In this document: positions 47,462 through 57,275 of the stretch, piece after piece
Numbering within the stretch: position 1 is the first letter of the stretch
Layout: the number at the start of each line of letters is the position of its first letter
Notes under the pieces: generated by a model
Database searches by the model: none
Seen by the model: only the letters and a program-made list of their open reading frames with translations
What the model was told of the DNA's origin: nothing
IMG/VR virus record: IMGVR_UViG_3300003702_000965
Coordinates: 1 to 64,000 of that record
Direction: 5' to 3' (one strand)
Source: a virus
Length of the DNA: 64,000 bases
Position numbers and translations under genes: made by a program

Positions 47462-48384
47462 AAGTCCTACCCATTCACGGAAACGAGAACTGGCTCTGCG
47501 ATAGATACGCGCAGGAGTGGAAGGATCTCAACACTTTCCACGCTTGTCCCTACAACAACTCTAATGATGCGGATGTTCTTTGGTTGCTTGCTCCTTGGGA
47601 ATGGAAACAGATACCCAAAGCGTATTTAGAGACAAAGAAAGTCGTTTGCACTATCCACCACATGGTTCCAGACAAAACCGACGAGTCTACTTGGAAAGAA
47701 TTCGAAGAAAGAGATAAGTATATTGACGCTTACCATACCCCCTGCTTTCCCTCTTACGCTCAGTTCGGCCCCAGAATAGGCCACAAGCCGTTCTTAATTA
47801 ATCCTTTTTGGTGCAATAATGAAATCTTTAAACCAATAGACGACAAAATTGGATTGAGGGAGAAATACGGAATAAAGCAAAAAGCCCATTTAATGGGCTC
47901 GTTCCAAAGAGACACAGAAGGCTCTGACCTCTCTTCCCCAAAACTGGAAAAAGGTCCGGATGTTTTTTGTGACATTATTGAGAAAGAGAAGGAAAAGAAC
48001 CCCGACGTTGAGGTTCTATTAGCTGGATGGAGAAGGCAGTATGTTATAAATAGATTAAACAAGGCCGGGATAAAGTATTATTATTTTGAACTACCTTCAA
48101 TTAAAACGATTAATGAGCTGTATAACTGTTTGGACCTTTATGTTGTAGCTGCCAGATACGAGGGAGGGCCTCAGTCTATTCCGGAATGTATTATGACCAA
48201 TACCCCCATTGTATCTACTCCCGTTGGCTTATCCAGCAAACTGCTTCACCCCAAAAGTATATTTTCCTCTTCTTCTAATTTTAATAGAGCTTCTCCTGAC
48301 TTGTCTTGGGGAGAAAGAGCTATTGCGCCTTATATAATTCCAGAAGGCTTCAAACCATTCAATGATTTTTTCGATAGCTTATGA
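47458..48384 (+). CDS. GT4-like glycosyltransferase
   Basis: KGPD; YNCLDLYVVAARYEGGPQSIPEC; PIVSTPVG. Confidence 0.85.
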   Translation: MKVLPIHGNENWLCDRYAQEWKDLNTFHACPYNNSNDADVLWLLAPWEWKQIPKAYLETKKVVCTIHHMVPDKTDESTWKEFEERDKYIDAYHTPCFPSYAQFGPRIGHKPFLINPFWCNNEIFKPIDDKIGLREKYGIKQKAHLMGSFQRDTEGSDLSSPKLEKGPDVFCDIIEKEKEKNPDVEVLLAGWRRQYVINRLNKAGIKYYYFELPSIKTINELYNCLDLYVVAARYEGGPQSIPECIMTNTPIVSTPVGLSSKLLHPKSIFSSSSNFNRASPDLSWGERAIAPYIIPEGFKPFNDFFDSL

Positions 48385-49319
48385 ATTCACTTAATTTTTC
48401 CACTTTGATTAGGTGGCTGATAACTATTCAAGACTCGGGGTATCCTTGGACTTTGCAAAAAAACCCAAAGGGGGTAGACAGGTGCCTTCTTTCGTCAGCT
48501 AGCCTTTTTTGTAAGCTCTCTAAAATTTACGAAAATTATTTTCAACCCGACAAAGAAGAATTGAAAAAAATTATTTTATCCTTCACTAGAAAAAAGGATG
48601 GCATGCTGGAAGACATATCCGGCAAACAGAATATCATATCAGAGACGAGGCAGGCTTTTTCGGGCTTGAAAAATATAGGAGAAAAACTTCCCCCTTTTGA
48701 CCCTTCTGAATATTTTCAAGAGCCTCTTTATTTTCTACAAGACGACGAGTGGGACAACCCTTGGGGCGCTGGAGCGCATCTTTCTCATTATTTGTTTTTC
48801 ATGAAACAAACAGGACAAACCTCGAAAATTAGCGAGGCCTTAGATAGGATTAAAATATATGAACACGAAGACGGCTGGTATAGAAACAAGCCCGACGATC
48901 ACACTTTAGTTAATGGGATCATGAAAGTCATGACGGCTTACGACGCTGCCAAAGTAGAAATTCCCGCGAGTTTAAAGGAAACTATATTAGACTACGTTTT
49001 TAAATATGCTTGCGAAGGTGGCGGTTGTGGAATTTACGACTTCGTCTATGTTGTGGATAAATGTATGGACTTGGGGCTTCACACCGACAAATGTGAGAAA
49101 TCTTTAAAGAACTGTTTTGAATTCATATTGAAGCACCAAAAGAAAGATGGAGGGTTTTCTTATAACCTTAATCAGTGTCAAACAAGCTTTTACGGTAGGC
49201 GCATAGCCGATCCGTTTGCGTGTGGGGACGTTCATGGAACGACTTTACTTAGCATGGCTTTAGTGAGAATTGATAGTGGTTTAAATTTAGATTATAATCT
49301 GTCTTTCGCGGTTACATGA
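48381..49319 (+). CDS. Alpha/alpha-barrel (prenyltransferase/squalene-cyclase-repeat-like) protein
   Basis: QKKDGGF, EHEDGWY and RKKDGML QW-like turns; NPWGAG; DVHGT. Confidence 0.5.
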   Translation: MNSLNFSTLIRWLITIQDSGYPWTLQKNPKGVDRCLLSSASLFCKLSKIYENYFQPDKEELKKIILSFTRKKDGMLEDISGKQNIISETRQAFSGLKNIGEKLPPFDPSEYFQEPLYFLQDDEWDNPWGAGAHLSHYLFFMKQTGQTSKISEALDRIKIYEHEDGWYRNKPDDHTLVNGIMKVMTAYDAAKVEIPASLKETILDYVFKYACEGGGCGIYDFVYVVDKCMDLGLHTDKCEKSLKNCFEFILKHQKKDGGFSYNLNQCQTSFYGRRIADPFACGDVHGTTLLSMALVRIDSGLNLDYNLSFAVT

Positions 49320-50092
49320 ATAAGATAGTTGGAATTTGTTTATTCAAAGACGAAGAGATATACGCTGAAACCGTTATACATAATATAATTGACTTTTGCG
49401 ACAAGATTATTATCATAGATAACAATTCCACCGACAAGACCTTCGATATAGTAAGAAAACGCTTCTCGTCTAGTCCCAAGGTGACTATGTTAAAAATGGA
49501 AGACCATTTAGCTTCGGGAAGAATGACGTATTCTTTTTTCGGATCAAAAACTTTTCTTTTTGCGGTAGATGGTGACGAAATATACGATAGAGACGGGTTA
49601 AAAGCTATGAGACAAAGAATTAAAAATGGATTTTTCGACAAAGTTTGGAAAATCAGCGGAACCTCTTTCCACGTTAACGATGTCTCCTCTACTTGCGTTT
49701 CAGGTTTTTCCTGCCCTCCCAATAAGCATGTGACGAAACTTTACAATTTTAACGTTATAAATTCTTGGGATCAAGGCGAAAGACTACATGGGGTTGGCTT
49801 AAATCCACAGCCATATTATAAAGAGAGTCTTATTGATGTAAAATTCGCAAATGAAAGAGGCTTGGAAGAGTCTAATCAAGTAGATTGGAGATTCTCTGAA
49901 TTTAGGTGCCTGCATATGTGTTTTGTTCGAAGATCCCAACGAGACTCCGAGGATTCAAATTTTCGGTGTGAAGCTGGCTTCTATAGACCAGCCCCAATAG
50001 GGCACGATTTTAATTATAAAGCTATAAAATACGGGCTAGGGCCTACTCTAAAAATAAAAAGATCCACCTTGAAGCCTTTCCATTTGCCGTGA
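49316..50092 (+). CDS. GT2-like glycosyltransferase
   Basis: FKDEE, IIDNNSTDKT, VDGDE. Confidence 0.8.
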   Translation: MNKIVGICLFKDEEIYAETVIHNIIDFCDKIIIIDNNSTDKTFDIVRKRFSSSPKVTMLKMEDHLASGRMTYSFFGSKTFLFAVDGDEIYDRDGLKAMRQRIKNGFFDKVWKISGTSFHVNDVSSTCVSGFSCPPNKHVTKLYNFNVINSWDQGERLHGVGLNPQPYYKESLIDVKFANERGLEESNQVDWRFSEFRCLHMCFVRRSQRDSEDSNFRCEAGFYRPAPIGHDFNYKAIKYGLGPTLKIKRSTLKPFHLP

Positions 50093-51045
50093 TAGACGAA
50101 CTCCCCAAAGATAAAACTTTCGTTTTCGGCATGTGCCCTAATAGACACTCTGCCGGAGGAGGGGGCACGAAGTTTGTTAATTATTTTAGCGAAAAGCTTG
50201 TTGGGAGAGCTTCGTTTTTTATTAACTCCAATGAGCCTGACCCTGATTACATTCTGCTTTTCGATCCTAGACATTTAGATTTTTCAGGCAATTGGCTTAG
50301 TCTCGATGTTCTAAAAGAGATCAAAGCTAGAGGCATAAAGAGTAAAATCATCCACAGAATAAACGACATAGGATACCCTAAGAATAGACCACCAGAGTAT
50401 GTTGACGCTGTAATAGAAATGGCTAATTTATCCGATAAGGTAATTTATGTTTCTGATTTTGTTAGAGATTATTATGGAGACAGGATAAAGACGGAGTACG
50501 AAGTCATACCAAACGGCGTAGACGAAAGGATCTTCACTTTTAAGGAATATTCTTTTGATAAACTTAGGTTCGTTACACACCACTGGTCTTCTGATCCCAT
50601 GAAAGGCAAGGTTCTATACGATTTCATAGACGAAATGTTGTCGGATTTAGAGGGGGAGGCTGAGTTCACCTATATTGGGAACCCTCCCAAGGGGTCAAAT
50701 TTCAGAAGAACCAACGTGATAAAACCCCTTTACGGAGAAGAGCTGGCTAATGAAATTAAAAAGCATAACATTTATGTTTCTGGTTCCCAGCATGAACCCT
50801 GCGGCATGCATAAACTAGAAGGAGTTGCCTGCGGACTTCCCATAATGTACAATGTAGACAGCGGAGATTCGTACCTTACGTCAGATTATGGAGTCGGCAT
50901 AGAATATAACGGTTTTCCCAAATTTGGTATTGCTTTAGCTGAAATGATGGGAAACCATAAGCGTTTTTATGATAAAATAGTTAATAATTTTGATTTATAT
51001 TTAGAAAATAGATGCGTTAAGTATTTAGAATTTATAACGAAATGA
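50089..51045 (+). CDS. GT4-like glycosyltransferase
   Basis: GGGGTKF, IPNGVD, KG, EPCGMHKLEGVACGLP. Confidence 0.85.
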   Translation: MIDELPKDKTFVFGMCPNRHSAGGGGTKFVNYFSEKLVGRASFFINSNEPDPDYILLFDPRHLDFSGNWLSLDVLKEIKARGIKSKIIHRINDIGYPKNRPPEYVDAVIEMANLSDKVIYVSDFVRDYYGDRIKTEYEVIPNGVDERIFTFKEYSFDKLRFVTHHWSSDPMKGKVLYDFIDEMLSDLEGEAEFTYIGNPPKGSNFRRTNVIKPLYGEELANEIKKHNIYVSGSQHEPCGMHKLEGVACGLPIMYNVDSGDSYLTSDYGVGIEYNGFPKFGIALAEMMGNHKRFYDKIVNNFDLYLENRCVKYLEFITK

Positions 51046-51953
51046 AATATTTAGTTACAGGAGGTTTCGGGTTCATAGGCTCCCACTTAGCCGTTAAGCT
51101 TATTAGAGACGGCCATCACGTTACAATCATAGACGACTGTTCCTCTGACAGCGTCTCATCCCCCCCTTGGCATGATAATTGTGACTTCATCAATTGCGAC
51201 ATCATCAACACCCAGTTCTATGAAAAATTTTTGAATGGTGTTGACGTAGTGTTTCATTTAGCCGCTAAAGCTAGGGTTCAGCCCTCTATAGCTGATCCTG
51301 TTTATTTCGATTATACCAATGTTCATGGTACAGTTAACCTATTCAAAGCGTGCGTCGACGCTGGAGTCAGAAAAATTGTTTTTAGTTCGTCCTCTTCGGT
51401 TTACGGGGACGCTGAAATGCCTACTTCAGAAAATCATCGGCTTTCCCCCCAAAGTCCTTATGGTTTACAAAAGAAGATAGGGGAGGAGTATCTCGAACTT
51501 TTCACCAAGATTTACGACATAAAGGGGGTTTCTTTGAGATATTTTAATGTTTACGGAGAAGGAATGCCCCTTGGAGGGGGTTACGCAACCGCCATTGGCA
51601 TCTTTTTAAATCAAAGAAGGAATGATAAAAAAATCACCATATTTGGAGACGGAGAACAGACTAGAGATTTTACTCATGTAAACGACGTTATCCAAGCTAA
51701 TATATTAGCGGCTACGGCTACCACAGAGGGACTTGAAAATTATGAAGTTTTCAATGTGGGGAACGGGGACAATGTTAGCGTGAACGAAGTAGCTAAATTA
51801 ATAGGAGGAGACATACAGTATCTAGCGCCTAAAATTGAACCCAAAGCTACACTTGCGGACAACTCAAAAATTAAAGAAAAACTAAAATGGGCTCCTACCG
51901 GAAATTTGCATAAATGGATCCCCGAATACAAGAAAATCGCGAACATACAATAA
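51042..51953 (+). CDS. NAD-dependent nucleotide-sugar epimerase/reductase (extended SDR)
   Basis: VTGGFGFIGSH, HLAA, SSSSVYG, YGLQK, RYFNVYG, GDGEQTRDF. Confidence 0.9.
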   Translation: MKYLVTGGFGFIGSHLAVKLIRDGHHVTIIDDCSSDSVSSPPWHDNCDFINCDIINTQFYEKFLNGVDVVFHLAAKARVQPSIADPVYFDYTNVHGTVNLFKACVDAGVRKIVFSSSSSVYGDAEMPTSENHRLSPQSPYGLQKKIGEEYLELFTKIYDIKGVSLRYFNVYGEGMPLGGGYATAIGIFLNQRRNDKKITIFGDGEQTRDFTHVNDVIQANILAATATTEGLENYEVFNVGNGDNVSVNEVAKLIGGDIQYLAPKIEPKATLADNSKIKEKLKWAPTGNLHKWIPEYKKIANIQ

Positions 51954-51954
51954 A

Positions 51955-53079
51955 ATGCAAATATTAAACATAACTACAGCTAGACAAATTAGAAATAAAA
52001 TGGATCCGAACGAAAAGTGTGTTGTCATCACTGGCGTCACAGGCCAAGACGGAAGTAATATGGTTGATTATCTACTTGATACGTCTCATTCCATATGGGA
52101 TAATGGCTTACATGTATACGGCGGAGCCAGAAGATTAAGCCTCGACAACCATACAAATATTGAACATTTAAAAGATAACGAGAATTTCTCTTTAATAAAC
52201 CTAGATATTACCGACACTACTTGCGTTAATAGAGTCATAAAAGATCTGCAGCCAGATTATTTTATTAATTTTGCGGCGCAAAGCTTTGTCGGGAGTAGCT
52301 GGGACCTTCCCAAGCAAACTTTCGCTGTTAACGCTACTGCTGTTTTGGATATGCTTGAGGCTATTAGACTCTATGCTCCTCTTTGTAGATTTTACCAAGC
52401 GGGTTCTAGCGAAGAGTTTGGAGATGTCGCCTACGCTCCACAGGACGAGAAGCATCCCTCAAGACCAGTTAGCCCTTACGGAGCCTCTAAGGTTGCCGCT
52501 AGGGCTTTAGTTAAGGTTTATAGAGACTCTTATAATCTATATGCTTGCGCTGGCTTCCTTTTTAATCACGAAGGAGTTCGTAGAGGCGAGGAATTCGTAA
52601 CCAGAAAGATTACTAAGGGGGTAGCTCGGATAAAACAAGCTATGATAAATGGGGAAAAATTCGAACCAATACAATTAGGCAACGTGAACTCCAAAAGAGA
52701 TTGGTCTGATTCGGAAGATTTCGTGCACGGCGTTTGGCTTATGCTTAATCAAGATAAGCCGGGAGAATATGTTTTATCTAGCGACGAAACTCACGAAATA
52801 AAGGAGTTCGTTTCTCTAGCTTTTAACGCGGCTGGGATCGATGGACACTGGCAGGACGAAGGCATGGATGAAAAATTTGTAACTGATTTACATAATTATA
52901 TTCTTTCTGAAGTCAATGAAAAGTTCTACAGGCCAGCGGAAATTGATTTGCTTTACGGAGACTCTTCCAAGGCAAGAAAAGAGCTAAAGTGGGTTCCTAG
53001 GGTGTCTTTTCCTCAGCTTGTTCGCAAAATGGTTTCTAATGATTTGAGCTTGTTGGGAATTGATGACATTTCTTCTTGA
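51955..53079 (+). CDS. gmd: GDP-mannose 4,6-dehydratase
   Basis: ITGVTGQDG, AAQSFV, YQAGSSEEFG, SPYGASK, LFNHE, FVTRKIT, KRDW, YRPAEIDLLYGD. Confidence 0.93.
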   Translation: MQILNITTARQIRNKMDPNEKCVVITGVTGQDGSNMVDYLLDTSHSIWDNGLHVYGGARRLSLDNHTNIEHLKDNENFSLINLDITDTTCVNRVIKDLQPDYFINFAAQSFVGSSWDLPKQTFAVNATAVLDMLEAIRLYAPLCRFYQAGSSEEFGDVAYAPQDEKHPSRPVSPYGASKVAARALVKVYRDSYNLYACAGFLFNHEGVRRGEEFVTRKITKGVARIKQAMINGEKFEPIQLGNVNSKRDWSDSEDFVHGVWLMLNQDKPGEYVLSSDETHEIKEFVSLAFNAAGIDGHWQDEGMDEKFVTDLHNYILSEVNEKFYRPAEIDLLYGDSSKARKELKWVPRVSFPQLVRKMVSNDLSLLGIDDISS

Positions 53080-53104
53080 CTCCGCTGAAAGCGTTTGGTA
53101 CTTT
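53076..53104 (+). promoter_or_regulatory. Sigma70-type promoter with GAAAGCGT spacer box
   Basis: TTGACT-ccgctGAAAGCGTttgg(17)-TACTTT, 6 nt before GTG 53111. Confidence 0.7.
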
Positions 53105-53110
53105 CCTCGG

Positions 53111-53470
53111 GTGACTGATTCTGGAAAATATAAGTATTTGATAGAAAATTTCTTATTCGATCATAAAAAGTGCAATTTCTTTCATCAGCGCAAACAGGCT
53201 AAAAAGTTGATCTCATTTTTCCCAGACATAGAATTTTGGAAATGGCTAAAGAACAATTACAAGGATTATCAAGTTTATACGCTTGTATCTTATTTGAAAC
53301 CGGACAAGCTTGCGTTTTTAAGGAAGCAATTAAAGGTGATGGGTTTCAAGTTCAAGGAAAAACGAACATACGTTCTCTCTGATGAAAAATTCGGGAAAGA
53401 TAAAGAGATGCGCCCACGAAGGTTTAGCACTTTAGATTTTTTAAGATATGGGAAGAAAGAAGAAGGTTAA
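53111..53470 (+). CDS. Hypothetical basic protein
   Basis: GTG 53111 preferred because the track start 53060 lies upstream of the promoter. Confidence 0.6.
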   Translation: MTDSGKYKYLIENFLFDHKKCNFFHQRKQAKKLISFFPDIEFWKWLKNNYKDYQVYTLVSYLKPDKLAFLRKQLKVMGFKFKEKRTYVLSDEKFGKDKEMRPRRFSTLDFLRYGKKEEG

Positions 53471-54545
53471 TACAACCGGAGGCAATGAGCCTTGGGAGCA
53501 GATCAAGCAATACCTTTCGGATAACGAAGAGTATCACAATGATTTCGACGAGGAGATTGATTACACTGTTTCTAGTGGTAGTCTTTTGTTAGACATGGAG
53601 ATGTCAGGAGGGCTTAGGCCCTCTGTTATAAGGGCTTCTGGCGTCGCAGAAGGGGGGAAGACTTCATGCGCTCTATCTTTCGCTAGGAACTTTCAGAAAA
53701 TGGATAATAGCATGGTGGTGTTCGTAAAAGCCGAGGGAAGATTATCCAAAGAAATGATAGAAAGAGCAGGGGTAGACACTTCGGAAGAAAAATGGTGCGT
53801 CAGAAGGACGAACATTTACGAACATGTTTTAAATTTCCTGAGGTATTTAGTCCAAGATAACCCGAAGGGATGCAAATATCTATTTATTATAGATTCGATG
53901 GACGCTTTAGTGAGGCATTCTGATTTAGATAGGCCCTTTGAGGAGTCCAACAAAGTTGCCGGAGGATCTACTCTTAGTTCTGACTTCTTAAGAAAGATTG
54001 CACTTAGTCTTAGCGTAGGTGGTCACATTTTGTTTCTGATCAGTCAAGTCAGAAGTAAGGTTTCCATAAATCCCTACGACAAAGGAGATCCTAGGCTTAC
54101 AAATGCTTCGGGAGGAAACGCGCTTCTTCATTATAGCGATTGGATTTTAGAATTTCAACCCAGATATAGCGCCGACTTTATCAAGGAAAAAGACGAGCAA
54201 GGGAAGGAGGTTATAGTTGGCCACTTTTGCAGAGTCATCTTGAGAAAAACTCCCAATGAAAAGACTGGTTCTTTGGTTAGATACCCCATCAAACATTTCA
54301 GGAAACATGGCGAAAGCATTTGGGTAGAACAGGAGCTTATTATGATGATGACCGCTTTCCATTGTATATCCACTAAAGGCCCTTGGATTACCTTCTCCGA
54401 CGAAATGTGCGCAGACTTCGATAAAAATAAAATTGAGTATGAAAAACAGCACCAAGGGATGGAGAAATTTAGAAAATATCTGACGTCAAATAAAAAACTT
54501 TCTAAGTATTTATATGATTATATTTTAGGAGCTTTTTCCAAGTAA
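53448..54545 (+). CDS. RecA/UvsX-like recombinase
   Basis: SSGSLLLD, GVAEGGKTS (Walker A), IIDSMDAL (Walker B), ISQVR, SGGNALLHYS. Confidence 0.88.
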   Translation: MGRKKKVNTTGGNEPWEQIKQYLSDNEEYHNDFDEEIDYTVSSGSLLLDMEMSGGLRPSVIRASGVAEGGKTSCALSFARNFQKMDNSMVVFVKAEGRLSKEMIERAGVDTSEEKWCVRRTNIYEHVLNFLRYLVQDNPKGCKYLFIIDSMDALVRHSDLDRPFEESNKVAGGSTLSSDFLRKIALSLSVGGHILFLISQVRSKVSINPYDKGDPRLTNASGGNALLHYSDWILEFQPRYSADFIKEKDEQGKEVIVGHFCRVILRKTPNEKTGSLVRYPIKHFRKHGESIWVEQELIMMMTAFHCISTKGPWITFSDEMCADFDKNKIEYEKQHQGMEKFRKYLTSNKKLSKYLYDYILGAFSK

Positions 54546-54546
54546 A

Positions 54547-54996
54547 ATGAAAATAAGAATAAAAAGATTAGTCCCGCAGGCCACAATCCCCACAAGAGCT
54601 AATGATAGCGATGCTGGGTATGATCTATACGCATCATCAGGAGCTAGAATAGACGGTAGATGTAGGGGAATTGTAAATACTGGAATATCCATAGCCATTC
54701 CCGAGGGTTACTACGGTAGAGTTGCCCCCCGCTCTGGCTTAGCCGTTAAGAGCGGAATAGATGTTTTAGCAGGGGTTATAGATTCTGGTTACAGGGGAGA
54801 AGTTGGTGTTGTTTTGCAGAACCTTGGACTAATGGATTTTAATTGCGAGGAGGGAGACAGGGTTGCTCAGTTAATCATAGAGAAATGTCACGACATTGAA
54901 TGGGAAGAAGTTGATGAAGTGGTTAATTTAGATGATTCAGAGGACATAACTCATTTTGTTAGAGGAGAAGGCGGATTTGGAAGCAGTGGAAGTTAA
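54547..54996 (+). CDS. dut: Trimeric dUTPase
   Basis: AGYDL, PRSGLA, GVIDSGYRGE, RVAQL, RGEGGFGSSG. Confidence 0.95.
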   Translation: MKIRIKRLVPQATIPTRANDSDAGYDLYASSGARIDGRCRGIVNTGISIAIPEGYYGRVAPRSGLAVKSGIDVLAGVIDSGYRGEVGVVLQNLGLMDFNCEEGDRVAQLIIEKCHDIEWEEVDEVVNLDDSEDITHFVRGEGGFGSSGS

Positions 54997-55002
54997 CATC
55001 CC

Positions 55003-55419
55003 TTGAAGCTATACAACGTAAACGGAAGAATCGTAGGCAAGGATGTAGTTAAGTATAGAATCAAGTGGAATAAAAAATGCAGGTCGAAAATCCAATACAA
55101 AGTAAAACAATTCCTGAAGCCTTACTGGAAGAACCACATATGCTTCGAGGAGTTCCCTGTTTTCGGGACTAGGCTGAAAGTAGACATGATTAACTTTACC
55201 AGAAAAGTAGCCATAGAAGTTCAAGGAAACCAACATTACTCCTTCAATAAATTTTTTCATTCTAATTCTAGATTAAAATACTTGGAGTCAATTAGAAGAG
55301 ACAATCAAAAACAAAACTGGTTAGAGCTTAATAAGATAAAGTTAATAGAAATTTTAGAAAATGAAGTCGACAATTTGTCTAAAAAGTTTTTTTATGAAAA
55401 GTTCAACCTTAAGTTATAA
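55003..55419 (+). CDS. DUF559/Vsr-like endonuclease
   Basis: EEFP...VD...AIEVQGNQH...RDNQKQNW; TTG start. Confidence 0.75.
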   Translation: MKLYNVNGRIVGKDVVKYRIKWNKKCRSKIQYKVKQFLKPYWKNHICFEEFPVFGTRLKVDMINFTRKVAIEVQGNQHYSFNKFFHSNSRLKYLESIRRDNQKQNWLELNKIKLIEILENEVDNLSKKFFYEKFNLKL

Positions 55420-55436
55420 GGGGTGTAACCATAATC

Positions 55437-55754
55437 ATGGCGGGATTTAAGTTCCCAACTTCGGTCTTGAACCAAATAGACGAATGCTCCAAAGGGGGAT
55501 TCATTCTCTTCACCATAAACGGTGAAGGAGATCCCGTTGTGTTCAGTAAATTTGACGATTCTACTTCCGCCTTAGCCTTGCAGTACTACGCAAAGAACTG
55601 GACGGAAGTCATTCATGAGATCAACAACAAAGCGACTTTCTCCAACATAGCTAGCACCATGGAAGAACAAGAACGGGAACAAGAAGAGGAAGACGAGAAG
55701 ACTGACGACTCGTTCATCGACTCAGACGAAGACGATGACGGCTTTTTGATTTAG
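55437..55754 (+). CDS. Hypothetical protein with very acidic C-terminus
   Basis: 105 aa; GTGTAA 8 nt upstream of its ATG. Confidence 0.7.
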   Translation: MAGFKFPTSVLNQIDECSKGGFILFTINGEGDPVVFSKFDDSTSALALQYYAKNWTEVIHEINNKATFSNIASTMEEQEREQEEEDEKTDDSFIDSDEDDDGFLI

Positions 55755-55755
55755 T

Positions 55756-55784
55756 TTGACTTTCAAGAAAGCGTCTGTTACCAT
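55756..55784 (+). promoter_or_regulatory. Sigma70-type promoter with GAAAGCGT spacer box
   Basis: TTGACT-ttcaaGAAAGCGTctgt(17)-TACCAT, 9 nt before the dnaB ATG. Confidence 0.75.
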
Positions 55785-55793
55785 TCCTTTTCA

Positions 55794-57275
55794 ATGGAGA
55801 TCTACTCTCTTCAAATAGAGAAGCATGTTTTAGGTGGGCTGATTAAAAATCCCAAGTTTTTTTATGAAATAGATCGCTTTGTCAACGAGGACGACTTCTA
55901 CCAGCCGACTCACGGCACAATATTTTCCGTCGTTAAGAGTCTGATTCTATCGGGAGGCAATGTGGATAAAATTGTTGTTTCTGAGAAGATTAAGAATTTG
56001 GGGATATCTTTTAAGGATGATATTAATATTTATGACTATATAGAAAATTTATCTTTCACTCAAATTACCAGCAAAGGCTTAATGGAATCCTGTCGAGAGC
56101 TTGTGAAGCTTAGAGTCAGGAGAGAATTAATAAGCACATGCGATAAAATTAAAGATTACGTTAAAGGGTCGGGATCGGACAACGTAGAGGAGATAATATC
56201 ACAAGTTGACAAAATTCATTCTGAGAAAATAGATAGTTATTCTTTTTCTGATGAGCCGGTAAATTTATTTGACGGAGCGGAAGATTTAATTGAGGAAATA
56301 GGCAGGAATCCTGTCGAAGAATCGGGGCTTCAAACGCCATATCCAGAGTTTAATAGACTTTTTGGTGGCTTAAAAAAAGCTAACGTGTATGCAATAGTTT
56401 CCAGACCAGCTCAAGGCAAAACGACATGGATTAACGACATGGCTTTTAAAATCTCCGTTGATAGCGAAGTCAGTACTTTGGTTCTTGATACGGAAATGAG
56501 CACTCAAGAGATGCAGTTTAGGATGGTAGCATCATTGTCAGGTGTTCCTGTTTGGTATTTGGAGACTGGCAAATGGAGACATAATCAAGAGATGGAGGTC
56601 AAAGTGAGAGCGGCCTTCAAAAAGGTTAAATCCTATAAATATTTTCACTACCACGTGGGGAATAAAACAATTGATGAGGTATGCTCTATAATTAGAAGGT
56701 GGTATTACTCCAAAGTCGGAAGAGGGGAAAAATGTTTAATCGCTTATGACTATGTTAAACTTACTGGCGAGAAAGTCTCTTATAATTGGGCTGAGCACCA
56801 AGCCATTGGAGAGAAAATAGATAAGTTAAAAAGAATATCTGAAGAAATATCTTGTCCTATTTTAACCGCCATGCAAATGAATAGATCCGGGGAAAGCTTT
56901 AACAGAAATTCAAGCGGCTTGGTAGACGATGCGTCGGCAATATCTCTGTCAGACAGGCTTCAGTGGTTCGCTAGTTTCGTCGCTATATTTAGACGAAAAA
57001 CCATAGATGAAATTGCCCTAGACGGGGACGAATTTGGCACACATAAACTAATACCCTTAAAGACCAGATTCCAAGGCAGGGACGCCGCCGGTCACCATGA
57101 TCTTATATTGAGGGAGATGGAAGATGGGTCGGAAAAATATACAAACAATTATTTAAATTTTGATGTTCAAAATTTTGACGTTGAAGAGAAGGGATCCCTC
57201 AGGAATGTTGTAGACGCGCAAAGAGAACAACACACCCTTGACGATGTTAGCACTTCAGATGGAGAATTAATATGA
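55794..57275 (+). CDS. dnaB: DnaB-like replicative helicase
   Basis: N-domain EKHVLGGL...DFYQPTH; SRPAQGKTT, LDTEM, YDYVKL, AMQMNR, KTR. Confidence 0.92.
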   Translation: MEIYSLQIEKHVLGGLIKNPKFFYEIDRFVNEDDFYQPTHGTIFSVVKSLILSGGNVDKIVVSEKIKNLGISFKDDINIYDYIENLSFTQITSKGLMESCRELVKLRVRRELISTCDKIKDYVKGSGSDNVEEIISQVDKIHSEKIDSYSFSDEPVNLFDGAEDLIEEIGRNPVEESGLQTPYPEFNRLFGGLKKANVYAIVSRPAQGKTTWINDMAFKISVDSEVSTLVLDTEMSTQEMQFRMVASLSGVPVWYLETGKWRHNQEMEVKVRAAFKKVKSYKYFHYHVGNKTIDEVCSIIRRWYYSKVGRGEKCLIAYDYVKLTGEKVSYNWAEHQAIGEKIDKLKRISEEISCPILTAMQMNRSGESFNRNSSGLVDDASAISLSDRLQWFASFVAIFRRKTIDEIALDGDEFGTHKLIPLKTRFQGRDAAGHHDLILREMEDGSEKYTNNYLNFDVQNFDVEEKGSLRNVVDAQREQHTLDDVSTSDGELI

